A stretch of 63,774 bases of DNA, filler included, from Reticulomyxa filosa (taxonomy: Eukaryota; Protista; Foraminifera): assembly GCA_000512085.1 (NCBI GenBank). It is 18 parts of 18 records of this genome, joined end to end, with 100 filler letters (N's around TTAATTAATTAA, not from the genome) between each part and the next. Parts side by side here need not be neighbours in the genome. Positions count along the whole stretch, not along the records: positions 61,578 to 62,629 come from ASPP01046377.1; positions 62,730 to 63,774 come from ASPP01024405.1; 16 more parts are not named here. The stretch is one strand, 5' to 3'. Shown here piece by piece: positions 61,580 through 63,774 of the stretch. Numbering within the stretch: the stretch's first letter is position 1; each line of letters opens with the position of its first letter. The notes beneath the pieces are model-generated. The model saw only the letters and a list, made by a program, of their open reading frames with translations, was not told the origin of the DNA and ran no database searches. The translations under genes were made by a program, and so were the position numbers.

Positions 61580-62629
61580 TTACAGCCAATTCGCTGCTCG
61601 AGTTCGACCAAGACAAGCAACCACAGCTCGAAAGAGTCCAAAATGGACAGAATCGGAAAAAACGACAACTAGCATCTTGAAGTGGGTGAAACTGTGGAAT
61701 TGACCAATGTCATGACGGCCACAATCTGTTTTATCGTTATCACACATTTTACGACAGACGAGCAGATAGGTGTGGAGTGTCATGATGGATGGGGCAAGCA
61801 CGATGGCGCGAACAAAGGGAATACGTTACTCTATATGTCGACCAAAGCGATGATTATTTGTGAAAGAAGCAAAACGCTCGCCACAACAATGATCCGAGCC
61901 GCCAATAATTTAAAATGACTGTGCCCAGAATGGAAAAGCCGACTTGTAATTTGGATTGAATATCAAAACTACATTTGTCGATTATAATCACAAAAAAAAG
62001 GATGTCCACGATCTTCGAGTTCCGTATCGTCAGGTGAACGAGTAATGGATCTTTGAAAGCATTCATTCGACAGAGAAACTCTTGGAATTGCTCAAACGTG
62101 GGGAGTGTAAGAATAAAGAGGTCTGTGAAGAATTTTCATCCGACATTACAAAAAGCATTATTGTCAAATTGTGCAGCAGCTTCCATTGGGTTTAATGTCA
62201 AATAGAAACCCGAAGCATTCAAAAGACAGCGCCGGCGAATTAAGGGAAACTCAATTGTTGTGAAAATTGGCGCTAAAATTTTATGGCGATGAAGAACAAC
62301 AATCGAAATGCATACATTGATCGCTAGTGTCGAAACTGATTGTGTGCGTGCGCATATGCGCAACTTTGAATTTTGTATTATACGCGCGTGCTGATGGGAA
62401 GAATCGTGAGCTCGTGAGACATTAACCATTGATTATTGGCGAAGAGATAGAGAGGCAGAAAGAGCTGTTGCGCTTTTTGACTCGAACAAGCACCGATCAT
62501 CTTTGCTTAACTGTCTCCGGGATCGATGATTCAAAAATTGCTCCACCATTTGACAAAACAGTGCAATCAATCGCTTCAATGTGTTGGGGGCGCTGCTGGG
62601 TGGATACTTGGGCAATGTCAGTGCCAGAA
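61580..62629 (+). pseudogene. Decayed CAP-Gly-containing family member (paralog of 48178-48900)
   Basis: ATICFIVITHFTTDEQIGVECHDGWGKHDGANKG resembles the CAP-Gly GKNDG motif; inverted DNA homology to 48178-48860. Confidence 0.65.
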
Positions 62630-62729
62630 NNNNNNNNNNNNNNNNNNNNNNNNNNNNNNNNNNNNNNNNNNNNTTAATTAATTAANNNNNNNNNNNNNNN
62701 NNNNNNNNNNNNNNNNNNNNNNNNNNNNN

Positions 62730-63069
62730 CATTTTTAGGTACTTTATTATATAATTTTAATCTTTCTCTTGCAATTGTTATAACTGATAAATACAGATAA
62801 ACGATTTACTCTTGATTTTATATTTGATGCTGTTCCATGTCCATCTTCTAACATTTTTTGTACTCTGGATATTTGATCTTTTTGTGGTATTACTAATGAT
62901 ATCATTGATGTTCCGTTTCCGCGTGCTTCTTCTTCAGACTGTTCGGATCACAATTTACATACGATAAGTAAAACGTAAAAAAAAGACAACAGATTTTCTA
63001 AAAACTTGTACTAAAGCTTACCAACTCTGGTTGTGCTGAGGTTTGCTTCGTATTGCTGAGAGTTGTCAT
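62730..63069 (-). CDS. ETF1: Eukaryotic release factor 1 N-domain fragment (divergent; not in ORF track)
   Basis: Exon 62938-62730: [45 protein letters not shown], then (+1 T at ~62790) [20 protein letters not shown]. Putative exon 1 63069-63022 with a GT-AG intron. Confidence 0.9.
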
Positions 63070-63774
63070 TTTGTTTTTTTTTCTTAAGACCGTTTTCGAT
63101 GATGTAAAATGGAAATCTTGAACTTTTTTCCTTTAGGGGGCAATGAAAGGGGCTTTCAAAAATATTTTTGGCGACATGAAAAACTAATTTTAATTTTCTT
63201 TTTCAGTGAAGATAAGAAATTTTTTTAAAAGAACTTGTCCAACACTGAGCATGCACGTAGATCACAAGTTTTTTTTTTCAAAAGATTTTCAACAAAATCT
63301 TTGAAAACAGTTGTTCAACTTTTTTTGTAGTTGTAAAGAATGTTGAAAACAAAAAGAACTTCAATGTTGAAATAAAAGGTGTAATTCACACAATTTTTAT
63401 TTACTTTGAATGTATTTGTTTCTTACATTGACTATTGCTTTGCTAAGCTTGTTCTTTTATTCAAATTCATCAAAGTAAAACACAATTTAATGTATTTGCA
63501 CAATATTTCAAATTAAACAAAAAATTACGCATTAAATGAAAAATTTAATAATATTTTGTTTCAAACAATTCAGTTCTAATGTAAATTTAATATAACATTT
63601 AAGCTTAGGGTTAACACTATTTTGAGTATAAAATACTCTGATCGAATTAAGAATATAGGATCAAACGACGCAAATATCAACATTTCTTAAAGATTTTCAA
63701 AATTTTTAAATAATGACTTTGGCAAATTTGTCGTAAATTATGTTATGCCTTTGCGTTGATAACTTTTTATAAAA

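Overview
This window is not one locus. It is 18 short contigs joined by an artificial 100-nt spacer (N44-TTAATTAATTAA-N44), so adjacency across spacers means nothing. Seventeen contigs look like an AT-rich, intron-containing protist genome. The gene-family style (WD40 relics, PUB-ART, TLDc, CAP-Gly relics) resembles the foraminiferan Reticulomyxa; that attribution is an inference. One contig (37331-38714) is GC-rich bacterial DNA (radC-coaBC). Recognisable eukaryotic genes: TMEM131-like, DH-PH-FYVE RhoGEF, a PUD1/2-like protein, a CUE-PUB-ADP-ribosyltransferase, Ulp1-like protease, FN3-TLDc, USP9/24/34-like DUB, two Pex14N-like/PDZ paralogs, PGAP1, WH2-TDP2-like EEP, DeSI/PPPDE, LRRC49-like, a C2H2 protein, a LigB/DODA dioxygenase, CobW/ZNG1, and an eRF1 fragment missed by the ORF track. 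There are also decayed CRE-like and LINE retrotransposons. The standout is a ~1.1 kb non-coding, highly base-paired element at 17059-18148 (minus strand) with two hammerhead ribozyme cores. One is a compact type III hammerhead. The other is split, with its GUC substrate strand ~550 nt away. Double cleavage would release a 1036-nt RNA whose two ends can re-pair on the internal core, i.e. a candidate genome-encoded, self-circularising, viroid/retrozyme-like RNA. All calls are from motif reading by eye; no searches or folding programs were run.
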